Below are positions 53,395 through 64,000 of a DNA stretch of 64,000 nucleotides, in pieces. Source of the DNA: Podarcis vaucheri. Taxonomy: Eukaryota. The stretch lies in the NCBI GenBank assembly GCA_965113315.1, contig OZ220374.1. The stretch is one strand, 5' to 3'. A program made the translations under genes and the position numbers. Under the pieces are notes generated by a model, which was not told the DNA's origin, did no database searches, and was given only the letters and a program-made list of their open reading frames with translations. How positions within the stretch are numbered: position 1 is the stretch's first letter; each line of letters starts with the position of its first letter.

Positions 53395-54200
53395 GCAAGA
53401 GCCTGCTGGAACAAGTCAATGGCCTATCTGGGCCAGCATCCTGTTCACACGGTGGCCAACCAGATTCCTGTGGGAAACCTGCAAACATGACCCAAACGTG
53501 AGAGCACTCTGTGGCTTCCAGCAACTGGTCTTCAGAAGTTTTACTGCCTCTAGTTGTGGAGGCAGAGCATAGCCATCGTGCCTTTGTAGCCATTGATAGC
53601 TCCCTCTTTCAAAGCCATCTAGCTTGGTGGCCGGGACACGGGTGGCGCTGTGGGTTAAACCACAGAGCCTAGGACTTGCCAATCAGAAGGTCGGCGGTTC
53701 GAATCCCTTCAACTGTGTGAGCTCCCGTTGCCTGGTCCCTGCTCCTGCCAACCTAGCAGTTCGAAAGCATGAAGTGCAAGTAGATAAATAGGTACCGCTC
53801 TGGCAGGAAGATAAACGGCATTTCCATGCGCTGCTTTGGTTTGCCAGAAGCGGCTTAGTCATGCTGGCCACATGACCCAGAAGCTGTACGGAGGCTCCCT
53901 TGGCCAATAAAGTGAGAAGAGCGCCGCAACCCCAGAGTCGGCCACGACTGGACCTAATGGTCAGGGGTCCCTTTACCTTTACCTTTAGCTTGGTGGCCAT
54001 CACTGTCTCCTGTGAGTGTTCCATAGATTAACTATGCGTTGCGTGAAGAAGTAAGTTCTTGTGCCTGTCTCTCATCGTTCAATATTCAGCTTCATTCATT
54101 AACCACAATTGGTGGCGTTACTGAGAGGGAGAATTCCTTTTCTCTATCCCCTTTCTCCATGCCACGCATAATTTTTATAAACTTCTATCATGTCACTCAA
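53395..54200 (-). mobile_element. CR1-type LINE 3' fragment interrupted by a SINE
   Basis: AAGAGCCTGCTGG..CCAGCATCCTGTT..GTGGCCAACCAGAT pattern. Related degenerate pieces are at about 1400-1720, 4170-4340 (TTCTTATG tail), 27940-28190 and 31861-32010. Confidence 0.65.
53633..53985 (+). mobile_element. Sauria SINE nested in a CR1 fragment
   Basis: 13-bp TSD TAGCTTGGTGGCC at 53620 and 53986. Confidence 0.95.
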
Positions 54201-54253
54201 GGAAGGGTGCATAGCAGAGCATGAGGAGAGGCCAGAGGCCAGAGAGCCACATA

Positions 54254-54438
54254 CAGTCATACCTCATGTTACGTTTGCTTCATGTTACGTTCTTTCAAGT
54301 TACGTCCCGTGGCGACCCGGAAATACCAGAAAGGGTTACTTCCGGGTTTCGCGCAGATATGGCGCTTCAGGTTGCGCTCTTTTCATGTTGCGAATGGGCC
54401 TCTGGAATAGATCCCGTTCGCAACCAGAGGTACCACTG
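54254..54438. mobile_element. Tc1/mariner MITE (second family)
   Basis: TA|CAGTCATACCTC...GAGGTACCACTG|TA. Confidence 0.8.
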
Positions 54439-55429
54439 TATAGAAGACTGGGGCGAGGGGTGTTTGGACCTTGGGCTCAATTTTTCCACCTCTGCCCTAG
54501 TGAGTTGACTATAAAGGGAAGATTTAAGCCTTGCTGGTTTGCAGCCCAGTCTCTTAGCTGCAGGCACCAGCTCTTAGTCACAAAACTCAAATCAACACCA
54601 ATATGTTCAACTTCTGCTTGTAATTAGGGTGAACGTGAAAAGTTTGAAAGCTATCGTCTTCACCCAGTTGTGTTGGAATAACCCAAAGACTTGTTGCATT
54701 CTTAAGCACAACGTGTTGTTTGTGTGGCACAAGCGAGGCCTCCCTCTTCCAATTCTCTTTGAGACCTTTTAGGAGCAAAGGCTCATAGCATCCATTTATG
54801 GCTCAGGTGATGTGTACAGATGATATGAAGTAGCCTGGAAGTGCAAAGTGCCTCCTGATCTTGCTTGAAATATGCAAGGAATGTGAGGTGTGTCTGTAGG
54901 GACTTTCTCCCCACACCCAGTTTAAACCTTGGGTGGACTGCACAGCATCTACACTCGAAATACTCCTTCGCCAGCACAGGGGGAACCAATTTGTCAACAC
55001 GCATTGGCAGCAGCAGGAGGCAAGTATGTTAGTCCTGTAGTCTATTCCTCCACACTGAGGGGCACTGATGGTGGAAGGTGTAGGCTCACTTTACCTTGAC
55101 AGAGCATCTTTGTGTGCAGATGACATCATGGGGGGGTGGTGACTGATGGCTAAGGATGGATGAATCTGTCCATTTCAGTTTCTTAGTTTTTCAATATTAA
55201 ATCCAGGTTCCCACATTTCTGCATTACTTCTTCCTCACAAGAATCCAACAGTGGTATTTTTTAATTTTTTTTATATATATATAAAAAAATAATTAGCGAA
55301 CCCATCAGTATTTTTAACGTGCAGTTTTCTCTATCAGGATGCCTTTTGTATGTTATCTTCACTAATTCCACCTTGTGACTGGGAGCACAGGTGTGGACAC
55401 CATGACTTCACCCACAGTGGGCTTGCTTG

Positions 55430-55635
55430 ATGATGATGATGATTTATACCCCACCCATCTGGCTTGGTTTCCCCAGCCACTCTGGGTGGCTTCCAACAGA
55501 ATATTATTATTAATAATAATAAAGCGATAAAACATCAAACATTAAAAAACTTCCCTAAACAGGGCTGCCTTCAGATGTCTTCTAAAAGTCAGATAGTTGT
55601 TTATTTCCTTGACACCTGATGGGAGGGCATTCCAA
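55430..55635 (-). mobile_element. L2 LINE 3' end
   Basis: Reverse complement of the same L2 3' end. A shorter piece is at 50470-50570. Confidence 0.85.
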
Positions 55636-55810
55636 ATATGATAGGGGTTTTGTTTTGTTTTTGAATTGTGCATCGCCCATCATATTTTTGGAAAGGCATT
55701 TGATAAAGCGCAAGAAATGCGTGATGAGAAGTGGGGTCAGAATGGGGTTACTGAGAAACAAACTGGCACACTTGAGAAAAACCTGAAATTTGCAGAACTA
55801 CATTAACAAC

Positions 55811-56060
55811 AAGAAGAAGAAGAAGAAGAAGAGTTTGGATTTGATATCCCGCCTTGCACTCCCCTTCAGGAGTCTCAAAGCGGCTAACATTCTCCTTTCC
55901 CTTCCTCCCCCACAACAAACACTCTGTGAGGTGAGTGGGGCTGAGAGACTTCACAGAAGTGTGACTGGCCCAAGGTCACCCAGCAGCTGCATGTGGAGGA
56001 GCGGAGACACGAACCCGGTTTCCCAGATTACGTGACTACCGCTCTTAACCACTACACCAC
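55811..56060 (-). mobile_element. CORE-type (MIR/Squam3-like) SINE
   Basis: Minus strand has tRNA head GTGGTGTAGTGGTTAAGAGC..GGTTCG, CORE segment GGGTGACCTTGGGCCAGTCAC..CTCAGCCCCACTCACCTCACAGAGTG and a (TTC)n tail. Older copies are at about 7630-7760, 10705-10840 and 41545-41720. Confidence 0.8.
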
Positions 56061-57141
56061 ACAACAACAAAAACCCACAACACTAAGGAGGCCCCTGCGC
56101 CCTCTCTCTCACACAAGCAGCCCAGTGAAGCGTCAGCAAGCTCAGTAGGCACGGAATATTGAGAGTCATTTGGGGGCCAAGGAGGAAATCTGGCTGCAGG
56201 GGAGTATGAATGGAGTTGAGTCTGATGGGTTGGCTAGGATGCTGAACTGGAGCAGCTAGCCTGGGAAAACTCTATTGCTCTATGCTCTGTCCCACTTGCT
56301 TGATTTAGTATTTCAAATTTACATGCCAGTGTGTGTGCCTCAACAGAAAGGCAGCACATGAATACACAGAATAAAGGAATATTAGGAGGTGAAGGTACAC
56401 CACAACGTTTTGTTGCAAAGAATAAAAAATGCTGCAATAATTTGTGGAGAGGAGAGCGGCGGAGGCTGAATCAAATGATCAGAGATATAATCTGAAGTGG
56501 TTCACAAGTGCAGTCCTGGGTACAGGCAATGTTCCTAAGTTCAGTCAGTGCCCCCTCCATGTGTATTATTGACTATATATGCATCAGCAGAACCCTATAA
56601 TGTAAAGGAGCTCTTAGATCTTAATAAAATGTGTATCTTTAAAAAAAAAATGTGTTTGTATTCCCCCACCCACTTCCTTACAAAGTGCTATGGAAGGTAT
56701 TTGTGAGGTTTCCCTACTTTATTTCCTGTTTTTAAGATACGCTCCAACATCATTGGCTGTGTGGAACAGGGGATATGTTTGATTCTCTTTGCCAAAATGG
56801 GCATATTTGGCAATTCTATGCACAAAAGTATCTGCTAAGAGAAATTCACACTAAAACACCAATGTATTTTCTTGAGTGTGTTTTTATAAACAGCTGTTGT
56901 AGAAATATGGATAATGCACATTTAAGACTCGAAAAATGGGAAATTGAAATGATCAGATATCACGTTTACTAAAACAAAACAAAATTCATTATTAAAGACA
57001 GCAAACTAGTGAGGGAGCTTTCAAGTTTCAACTTTTCAGCAGGATGGATAGGGAGAAGGACCTCTGTTGATGCTCCAGTCACAAAGTGTGCATGTTTTAT
57101 GAAAACTCACTTTGGGAGTCCATTTTTTAAGTGGAATAGAT

Positions 57142-57157
57142 GTGCCCTCTAGTGGCA
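57142..57157 (-). promoter_or_regulatory. CTCF motif downstream of SHH
   Basis: Minus strand reads TGCCACTAGAGGGCAC, a full core match. Confidence 0.7.
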
Positions 57158-57375
57158 GATTGGTGTCTCTACAGGAACTCCCCTGAACAGCACAATTCAT
57201 CCATGCAGCATTAGTGAAAGCAGATATTTAAAAAGTCAGTCCCTGATGGGACCTCCATTAGAGCTATAGTAACTGCTTGCTATACTGATTTTAAATGCAA
57301 GAGGAGAGCATATCTGCATATCACAGGCTTGTATTTGAGGAACGGGAATGTGTCTTGTGTGGGGACAGTCCTCCT

Positions 57376-57690
57376 CCTTCTTCTTCTTTGGCGATCACTC
57401 GTAGGTAAGATTGTCTTCCATAAACAAGGTTCTAACAATGAGTCCATAAGTGACTGTGGAGGCCAATTCTGGACCCACACGTCCTTCCACAGTGGGGACA
57501 TAGGTTTCAGAGCGGGAGTTGATCACGGTGTGGATTTGCCAAGTGTGCCTTCCTCTTAGCATGTTTCTCCCTTGCGTTCTGAGTTTGAGCGTCTTCAAAG
57601 TCCATGACACCTTTGGTAAAGGCTGTTCTCCAACTGGAGCGCTCGCAGGCCAGTGTTTCCCAGTTGTCGGTGTTTATACTACATTTTAAA
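57376..57690 (-). mobile_element. RTE-clade (non-BovB) LINE 3' fragment
   Basis: Minus strand encodes NWETLACERSSWR...CPHCGRTCGSRIGLHSHLWTH, the RTE C-terminal C2H2 finger. (GAA)n tail. Confidence 0.85.
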
Positions 57691-58781
57691 ATACTTTTTC
57701 ATATGTCCTGGTAATAGCCAACAGATAATAGTTTGTGATAGAGAGGACAGAGGCACCGTTTCCCACAATGATGTCCTGTTTCTTGCTGTCTTCTCGGAAG
57801 GATGGTTTGTGTGGGGTTTCGAAACACTTCCAGACCTGGCAAAATCTGAACACAGTGCAGTGACAGTATGCAGACAAATCCAAAGCAAAAACACCTCTGC
57901 CATTTCTCTGAAACCACCTTCCCTTAACCTGTGACCTTATAAATGTTGTTGGATTTAAACTCTCATGTGCCTTATTCGTGAAATCACCCAACGGGTTCCA
58001 AAATGGCAGCCAAAAGGTTCTGACAATGGTCAGTGGGGGCCTGGAAGTCTTGTGCCTTCGTTCCTGTCTGAGGATCCTGAAGCCAAGACGCTGTCGGCAT
58101 CTGGGGGTCAAAAGGCCAGCTGGCTAGCCCCGAGCTAGATTGTCTCCTTCTCAGCCGTGCCGCTGCGAAGATCCATCGACCTCTGGCTCTGACATAAATC
58201 AGTGACTCAGGCCTCTCAAACTTGAGCACACTATACGCAGCAATGTGAACTGCACAACAGAAGAGGCTGAGGCTTCTGGATACATACTAAGAACTACAGA
58301 TTTATTAATCATAAATCAAGACAAAAAAACATGTTGTCTCTCCTTGCTGTCTTCTCGGAGAGTCAAAACAAAAGCAATACAGCGGAAGTTCCGCTTACGC
58401 CAGCAAACTGTGCTGGAATGTAAACGGACGTGTGACACACAACAATCCCATTTCTGCAACAAAAGGTGGAATGGAATCTTCCAACAGAGGCCTCACAAAC
58501 CATACTTGGTTTCATTTGCATGGTAGGGATTGGCACTGGGAGTTGAATACGCTAAGCCAAGCTCCCTCCGCCTCGGCCCTCCAGATGTTTTTGGCCTACA
58601 ACGCCCATGATCCCTAGCTAGCAGGGCCAGTGGTCAGGGATGATGGGAACTGTAGTCTCAAAACATCTGGAGGGCCGAATCTGAGGAAGCCTGCTCTAAG
58701 CCATGGGTGGGGGACCTGTGGCCCCTCCAAGTGTTGTTGGAGTCCACCATCACTGACCATTGGATTCTGATTGGTTGTGTG

Positions 58782-59208
58782 TGTTAGAATTCCTGTTCTG
58801 TGATTGCAGTCATGGGATTGTTGTCTTTCACATGACGGTGTATGTTTTGACTCCACAGAGTGGGAAGTGACAGAGACAGGATGCTTGTGTTACTGTGTTC
58901 AGTGAAGTGGGACTATTGTCCTTTGTTCTTTTTTTCTCTTTGCTGTCCGATGCTAGAGAGAGAGGGAGCCATGTTGCTCCGTGTGTTTATATGTAAATAA
59001 AATAGATTAGCCAAAATGCTGAGTTGCTGAGGTCTGTTACGCAAGCTGCGAAGACTCTGTAGATACCTAAGTGTGGCAGTGTCTGTTGATGTTCTGGCTG
59101 AAGAAAGCCTTTGAAGCTCCCAAATGATTGACCAGGAGGGAGAGAACATGTCAGTCGGGCATGTGTCTCTGCCAGGATCCTACTCGAGTGTAGGACAAGC
59201 TCCTAACA
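58782..59208 (+). mobile_element. Solo LTR
   Basis: TGTTAG...CTAACA termini, TSD GTGTG/GTGGG, internal AATAAA. It interrupts a degenerate hAT-type MITE. Confidence 0.75.
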
Positions 59209-60770
59209 GTGGGGGGGGGGGTTCCAACAATTTGGGGAGAACCACAGGTCTCCCAGTTCTGTAAAGTTTAGATCAGTCAGAGTACACCTTGCACAGCGTG
59301 CTTTTACATGATCAGAATGTGTCCATTTATTTAAAATGCATCTCTGGGTTATTTGTGGGGCCTGCCTGGTGTTTTTACATGAGTCCGTGGGCCGGATTGA
59401 GAAGGCAATTGGGCTGGATCCGGCTCCCGGGCCTTAGTTTGCCTACCCATGCCCTAATGCATCAATGACATGTTGCAGAATACACCTATACAACAAAACA
59501 AAGCAGAACCCTGGTCTGGAAGGGCGCTGGGAAGCTGCCATGGCGTGGTTGCTTGCAAAGGTCACCTCTCCTTCGTCTGGCCTTTGCATTTGTCCCTTGA
59601 ACCCCCTTACAGCAGCTGGGGCAAAGGGGGGGGGGGCTTTTGCTGATTAAAGACATGGCTGCTCGAGAGCATGGAATATTTCCTGCTGCAAATTATGCAA
59701 ATCTGCCCTCCCTGAGATAAAAAAGACCCATCTAAGAGATCTCACCCCATTTCTAATCAGGAAGAAGGGGTGGATTTTGGCATCATTCCAGGCACCAACT
59801 GGAGAATCAGGGGAGGGCTGCGGGGGGGGGGATGTTTAACTAATTGAATATCCCAGGAAGGGTGGAAAGACCAATGACTTGGCTTAGTAGCATGACACCC
59901 AGCTCCTCATGTGCCAGGGAGTTCATAGGTACCAGCTTAAGTCATAGGGGAAAAACTAGCATTATGTAGACACCCCAAACCACTCTTGGCCTGAGTGTCC
60001 TCTCCAGGCCTCCATCCCTTTCTGAAGCCCTTTCATCAGTTGCATTCAGCATGAGAGCCCATTTTGCCTTTTAAAAAAATAGTAATATTTTTTTTTCAAG
60101 AGGAGGTAATTATTTCTCGACAATTAGGTCCAATCAGTTCACCTTAAGCAGCTGGCAAGTATATAATCATTCAGCCTCATTTGCAACCATAACGGCCTTT
60201 TAGCTGCTGTAATTTTCAGGTGCTTGTGACCACTTTAGTCACAAACTCGAAGAAATAAAAATTGTAGAAACGCAGGCGAAAGTGGGGAGGAGAGGCTGGG
60301 GCCCCATGTGTGCAGGGGTGGGGTGTGGGGGAAGCAGAGGGACGGAGGGAGCTGGCAGCAGAAAAATGATGGACACTCTAAAAACGGATCTTAAATGAAA
60401 ACGAGGGTCCCCGACCACCCGCTGACCGAAACGGAGTGATTGAGGGTTTGGCTGATGAGACATGATGCAGCCGCAGCCCCTCTCCCGGAGAGGAACTGAT
60501 TTCTCATCCGAGATGTCGTTGATTAAATGGGACACATGGGCAAGGCCCAGGAAGATGGGGGGGGGTGCAAACAGGAGGAAAGAGAAAGGATGTATATCCC
60601 GGGAAAGGATATTTCACAGTTTACTAGGTGTCTGTTTCTCTAACGTAAACGGTGGCTACTTTAGGAAAGGGCTTATGAAGGACTGTGAGAACAAACTCCC
60701 CCCAATTAAGGAGAGCTATAGCTACAAAGAACTGGCTGGAGTGTGGGTTTTCTCTCACTAACACAGAAAA

Positions 60771-61050
60771 GTTGGCCCTCTGAGGGCCTTCTGGAGGTTC
60801 CCTCACTGCGAGAAGTGAGGTTACAGGGAACCAGGAAGAAGGCCTTCTCGGTAGTGGCACCTGCCCTGTGGAACTCCCTCCCAGCAGATGTCAAGGCAAT
60901 AAACAACTATTTTACATTTAAAATACAACTGAAGGCGGCCCTGTTTAGGGAAGTTTTTTATGTCTGGTGCTGTATTGTTTTTAATATTTGGTGGAAGCTG
61001 CCAGAGTGGCTGCGGAAACCCAGCCAGATGGGCGGGGTATAAATAATAAA
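60771..61050 (+). mobile_element. L2 LINE 3' end
   Basis: AFSVVAPALWNSLP..FK..LKAALF motif, then a 3' UTR ending GGGCGGGGTATAAATAATAAA(TTA)n. Confidence 0.9.
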
Positions 61051-61112
61051 TTATTATTATATATTATTATTATTATTATTATTACTACTACTACTACTAC
61101 TACTACTACTAT
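61051..61112. repeat. (TTA)n(CTA)n L2-tail microsatellite
   Basis: Follows the L2 3' end. A similar (TTA)n run is at 63857-63902. Confidence 0.9.
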
Positions 61113-61990
61113 TAATGTAGTGGCAGGAGAAACGTGAGCACTCCATCCCTAGCAAAACTACCCATCATTTGCTGCGTGTACGTAGGGATTTCTTATCATG
61201 AGATAAGCACTGCACTCACCTGTGGGGTTCTTGGGGGTGATCCAACATCAGGGGCGGACGGCAGACGTTGCTTTCTCTGAAGGTCATCCGCACAATGGAG
61301 AAACAAGTCTGTTTCTAACTGCATAGCACTGGTTCTGCTTTCTGCATAGGTACAGAATGCATAGGGCTCACAGTAGATGCAGGCCTAGCCACTGTCTTGT
61401 TGGGTACCAACTCACACCTGTAGTTTGTTAGGATGCTGAGAGTTGCCAGATCCCCATTCCCTTCACTGACGTACAGTTCCTAGAGCGGTATAACGGTTCC
61501 CAGAGCTCTGGGAATTGTAGCTTTGTAAGGGGAATGAGGCTCTCAGCACCCTTAAACTACAACTCACAAGGTTCTTTGGGGGAAGCCATACTTAGTGAAA
61601 GTGGTATCGTAGTGCTTTAAATGCCTGGTGGGGATGTGGTCGTGGTAAACATGGAGAGAAGTATCTTATTTTGGCTCATCAATCAGCTCGGGGGAGGGGG
61701 GGGAATGAACAATTTAAGGTGTTCATGTCATCATCATCACCACCATTAAATTCATACCCCACCCTTCCTCACAAAGGAGCCCAAGGTAGCAAACCCATAC
61801 GGGATAAAACAATAAAAGCATCTCAAAAACAATTGCAGTAAAAAAGCAGACTGGGAGAGATATCTACTTCAAATATGGCTCGCACATATTGTAGGCGTGA
61901 GTTGCTTTTAAGAGTATGAGTCAGCCACAAACGAAAAGGTTTAGGGACCTGTGAAATCTCGCAAACTTTCTTCTTACAACGGCCAAGGTC

Positions 61991-62008
61991 TGCTGCCACC
62001 TAGCGGAG
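61991..62008 (-). promoter_or_regulatory. CTCF motif downstream of SHH
   Basis: Minus strand reads CTCCGCTAGGTGGCAGCA, a strong core match. Confidence 0.7.
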
Positions 62009-62594
62009 ACACGCTGGTAACACAGCCAAGAATATTGCCAAACCAATGGCAGGGGTGGGCAAAAGGTAGATCGGGATCTACTGGGGGGGGGGGCTGCAGT
62101 AGATCTGCACGAGTTTCTGATTCCCAGTTGTCTAACGATACCTACCACCGAAAGCCACCACATCCTAAATTAGGCTTCAGAAACAAGGAACGCTGGGGGG
62201 GTGGATCAGGAGTGGAGCTGTTTCCAGGGCTGAGCATGCACTCAGAGGAACCCTGTCCTTAATTCTGAGGATGATGCCCTCTCTTCAAAGCCACTTGTGA
62301 TAGGGAAGAAGTAGGCGGACTTGCAACAGGGAGTAGGCGGGGTCAGTTAAAGGGCTGTTTATTGGAGGCAACCAGGGAACAATAAATATATTCACTTGGG
62401 GGCAGTGGTGATGCTAAAATGATGGAGGGGTTGATTTGGCTGGATGTCCATCTTGCCTCATTTCTCTTTCACAACAGCAAAGTCATATTCACCTTATTTA
62501 GTCAAGGGTTTTCCTACCTCACAGGGTTATTGTGGGGACATGTTAGTATAGGATAGGCTGCCCTTGAACTATGGCAAGCAGAGCTTCTGAAATA

Positions 62595-62798
62595 CAGTGG
62601 TACCTCAGGTTACAGATGCTTCAGGTTACAGACTCTGCTAAGCTAACCCAGAAATAGTACCTCGGGTTAAGAACTTTGCTTCAGGATGAGAACAGAAATC
62701 GTGCGGCGGCAGCGGGAGGTCCCATTAGCTAAAGCGGTACCTCAGGTTAAGAACAGTTTCAGGTTAAGAACGGACCTCCAGAACCCGAGGTACCACTG
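62595..62798. mobile_element. Tc1/mariner MITE (small internal deletion)
   Basis: TA|CAGTGGTACCTC...GAGGTACCACTG|TA. Confidence 0.9.
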
Positions 62799-63656
62799 TA
62801 CTGTGAAAAACTGCATTCATATTAGAAAACAAGTTTTACTGCGTGACAAATAAACCACAGTGCACAAAAACAAGGTACAATGAAAGGACTTTTATTTGCA
62901 CATTTCAATTACATTTGCGTGCGTTTTAACTGCAGGACAGCTGAAATCTGGAATCCAATCTTTTCTCTCTCTTTTTACACTGGTCATTTCTGAGAAGTCA
63001 TGCATTTTTACATTCATATCACATTTACAACCTCCAGAGAACTCTTCCAAGGCAAGAAGGAATTTTGAAGCAAAAATGCATACAAGATTACATGTAACAA
63101 AATGAGCTGCAAAATATTTTGGGTTGTTGATTCTGAGGAGAGCATGAGGCGGCAAGAAGCAGCCCCCCCCCCTTGAAGTCACTATCATGTCAGAGCTGTC
63201 TCTTGCATTTATCCTATTAAACACAGTCCATATCAGAGAAATACAAGTCTGAACGGCATCGCTTCTTGTGCTCAAGCTGTATACAGTATTTCACGAAGTT
63301 ACAGGATAGGATCACACCACAGCAATCGTAATAAATGGCTCAAAAGGTAAACACTATTGCTACGTGAGAAATGTTATAGAACTACTCCTACCACTGAATT
63401 CAGAGAGAATTAGGAGAGCCTGCAAAAAGGAAGAAGGGGAGGAAAAGGTTAATAACACTTCGTTCTCCCAGGCCTGTCAAAGGTACCACTCTCCTGTATG
63501 GGTAAGGAATGCATATAAAGTGGAATGGTTAAATCATATATCCCCCCGTTTTCTGCAATGCACATTTTTCCTAAAAAGAAGGAAACCTGTAAAGAAAAAG
63601 ATTAGTTGCACCTCGGAAGCAGCTAAAGCACCTGCAAACATTAAAATGATATTTTA

Positions 63657-63854
63657 GTATTGGTAGTGGTGCCCTGTGGCACGCCCTCCCATCAGATGTC
63701 AAGGAAATAAACAACTATCTGACTTTTAGAAGCCATCTGAAGGCAACCCTGTTTAGGGAAGTTTTTAATGTTTGATGTTTTATCATGTTTTTAATATTCT
63801 ATTGGGAGCTGCCCAGAGTGGCTGGGGAAACCCAGCCAAATGGGTGGGATATAA

Positions 63855-63856
<2 letters not shown>
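63657..63856 (+). mobile_element. L2 LINE 3' end
   Basis: Same family as 60771-61050, followed by a (TTA)n tail. Confidence 0.85.
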
Positions 63857-63904
<48 letters not shown>

Positions 63905-64000
63905 AAGGGATGTGGAAACGCCTCCTTCCCATTTAAAATATTGATACAAAGTGCCTTGTTAGTGAAATGGCCCAATGGATTCCAAAATAGTGGCTCAGCA

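Noticed and set aside
57900-64000. Exons of the neighbouring gene (RBM33 expected beyond the SHH 3' end)
   Set aside because: No recognisable coding exon on either strand; the neighbour probably lies outside the window.

Overview
Vertebrate genomic DNA from a squamate, most likely a lacertid lizard: it carries Podarcis-type Sauria SINEs with BovB, L1, L2, CR1, RTE and Rex1/Babar LINE fragments. The window holds one protein-coding gene, a complete and intact Sonic hedgehog (SHH) on the + strand. Its three coding exons are 18212-18514, 26852-27113 and 47852-48555 (1269 nt, 422 aa). The promoter (CCAAT/TATA) is at about 17.7 kb and the 3' UTR runs to a poly(A) signal at about 49.75 kb. Intron 2 is unusually long (about 20.7 kb) and rich in transposable elements, yet it still contains the recognisable ar-C/SFPE2 floor-plate/notochord enhancer core. 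The other ORFs in the track look like TE remnants, antisense shadows or GC-rich noise. I found no evidence of a new protein-coding system. The best leads are regulatory: four co-oriented CTCF motifs pointing upstream, a 35-codon uORF plus a repeat-built hairpin/Z-DNA tract in the 5' UTR, forkhead motifs carried by a repeat family inside the intron-1 CpG island, candidate conserved non-coding blocks, and several nested or unusual TE insertions. Cross-species comparisons are from memory and need alignment to confirm.
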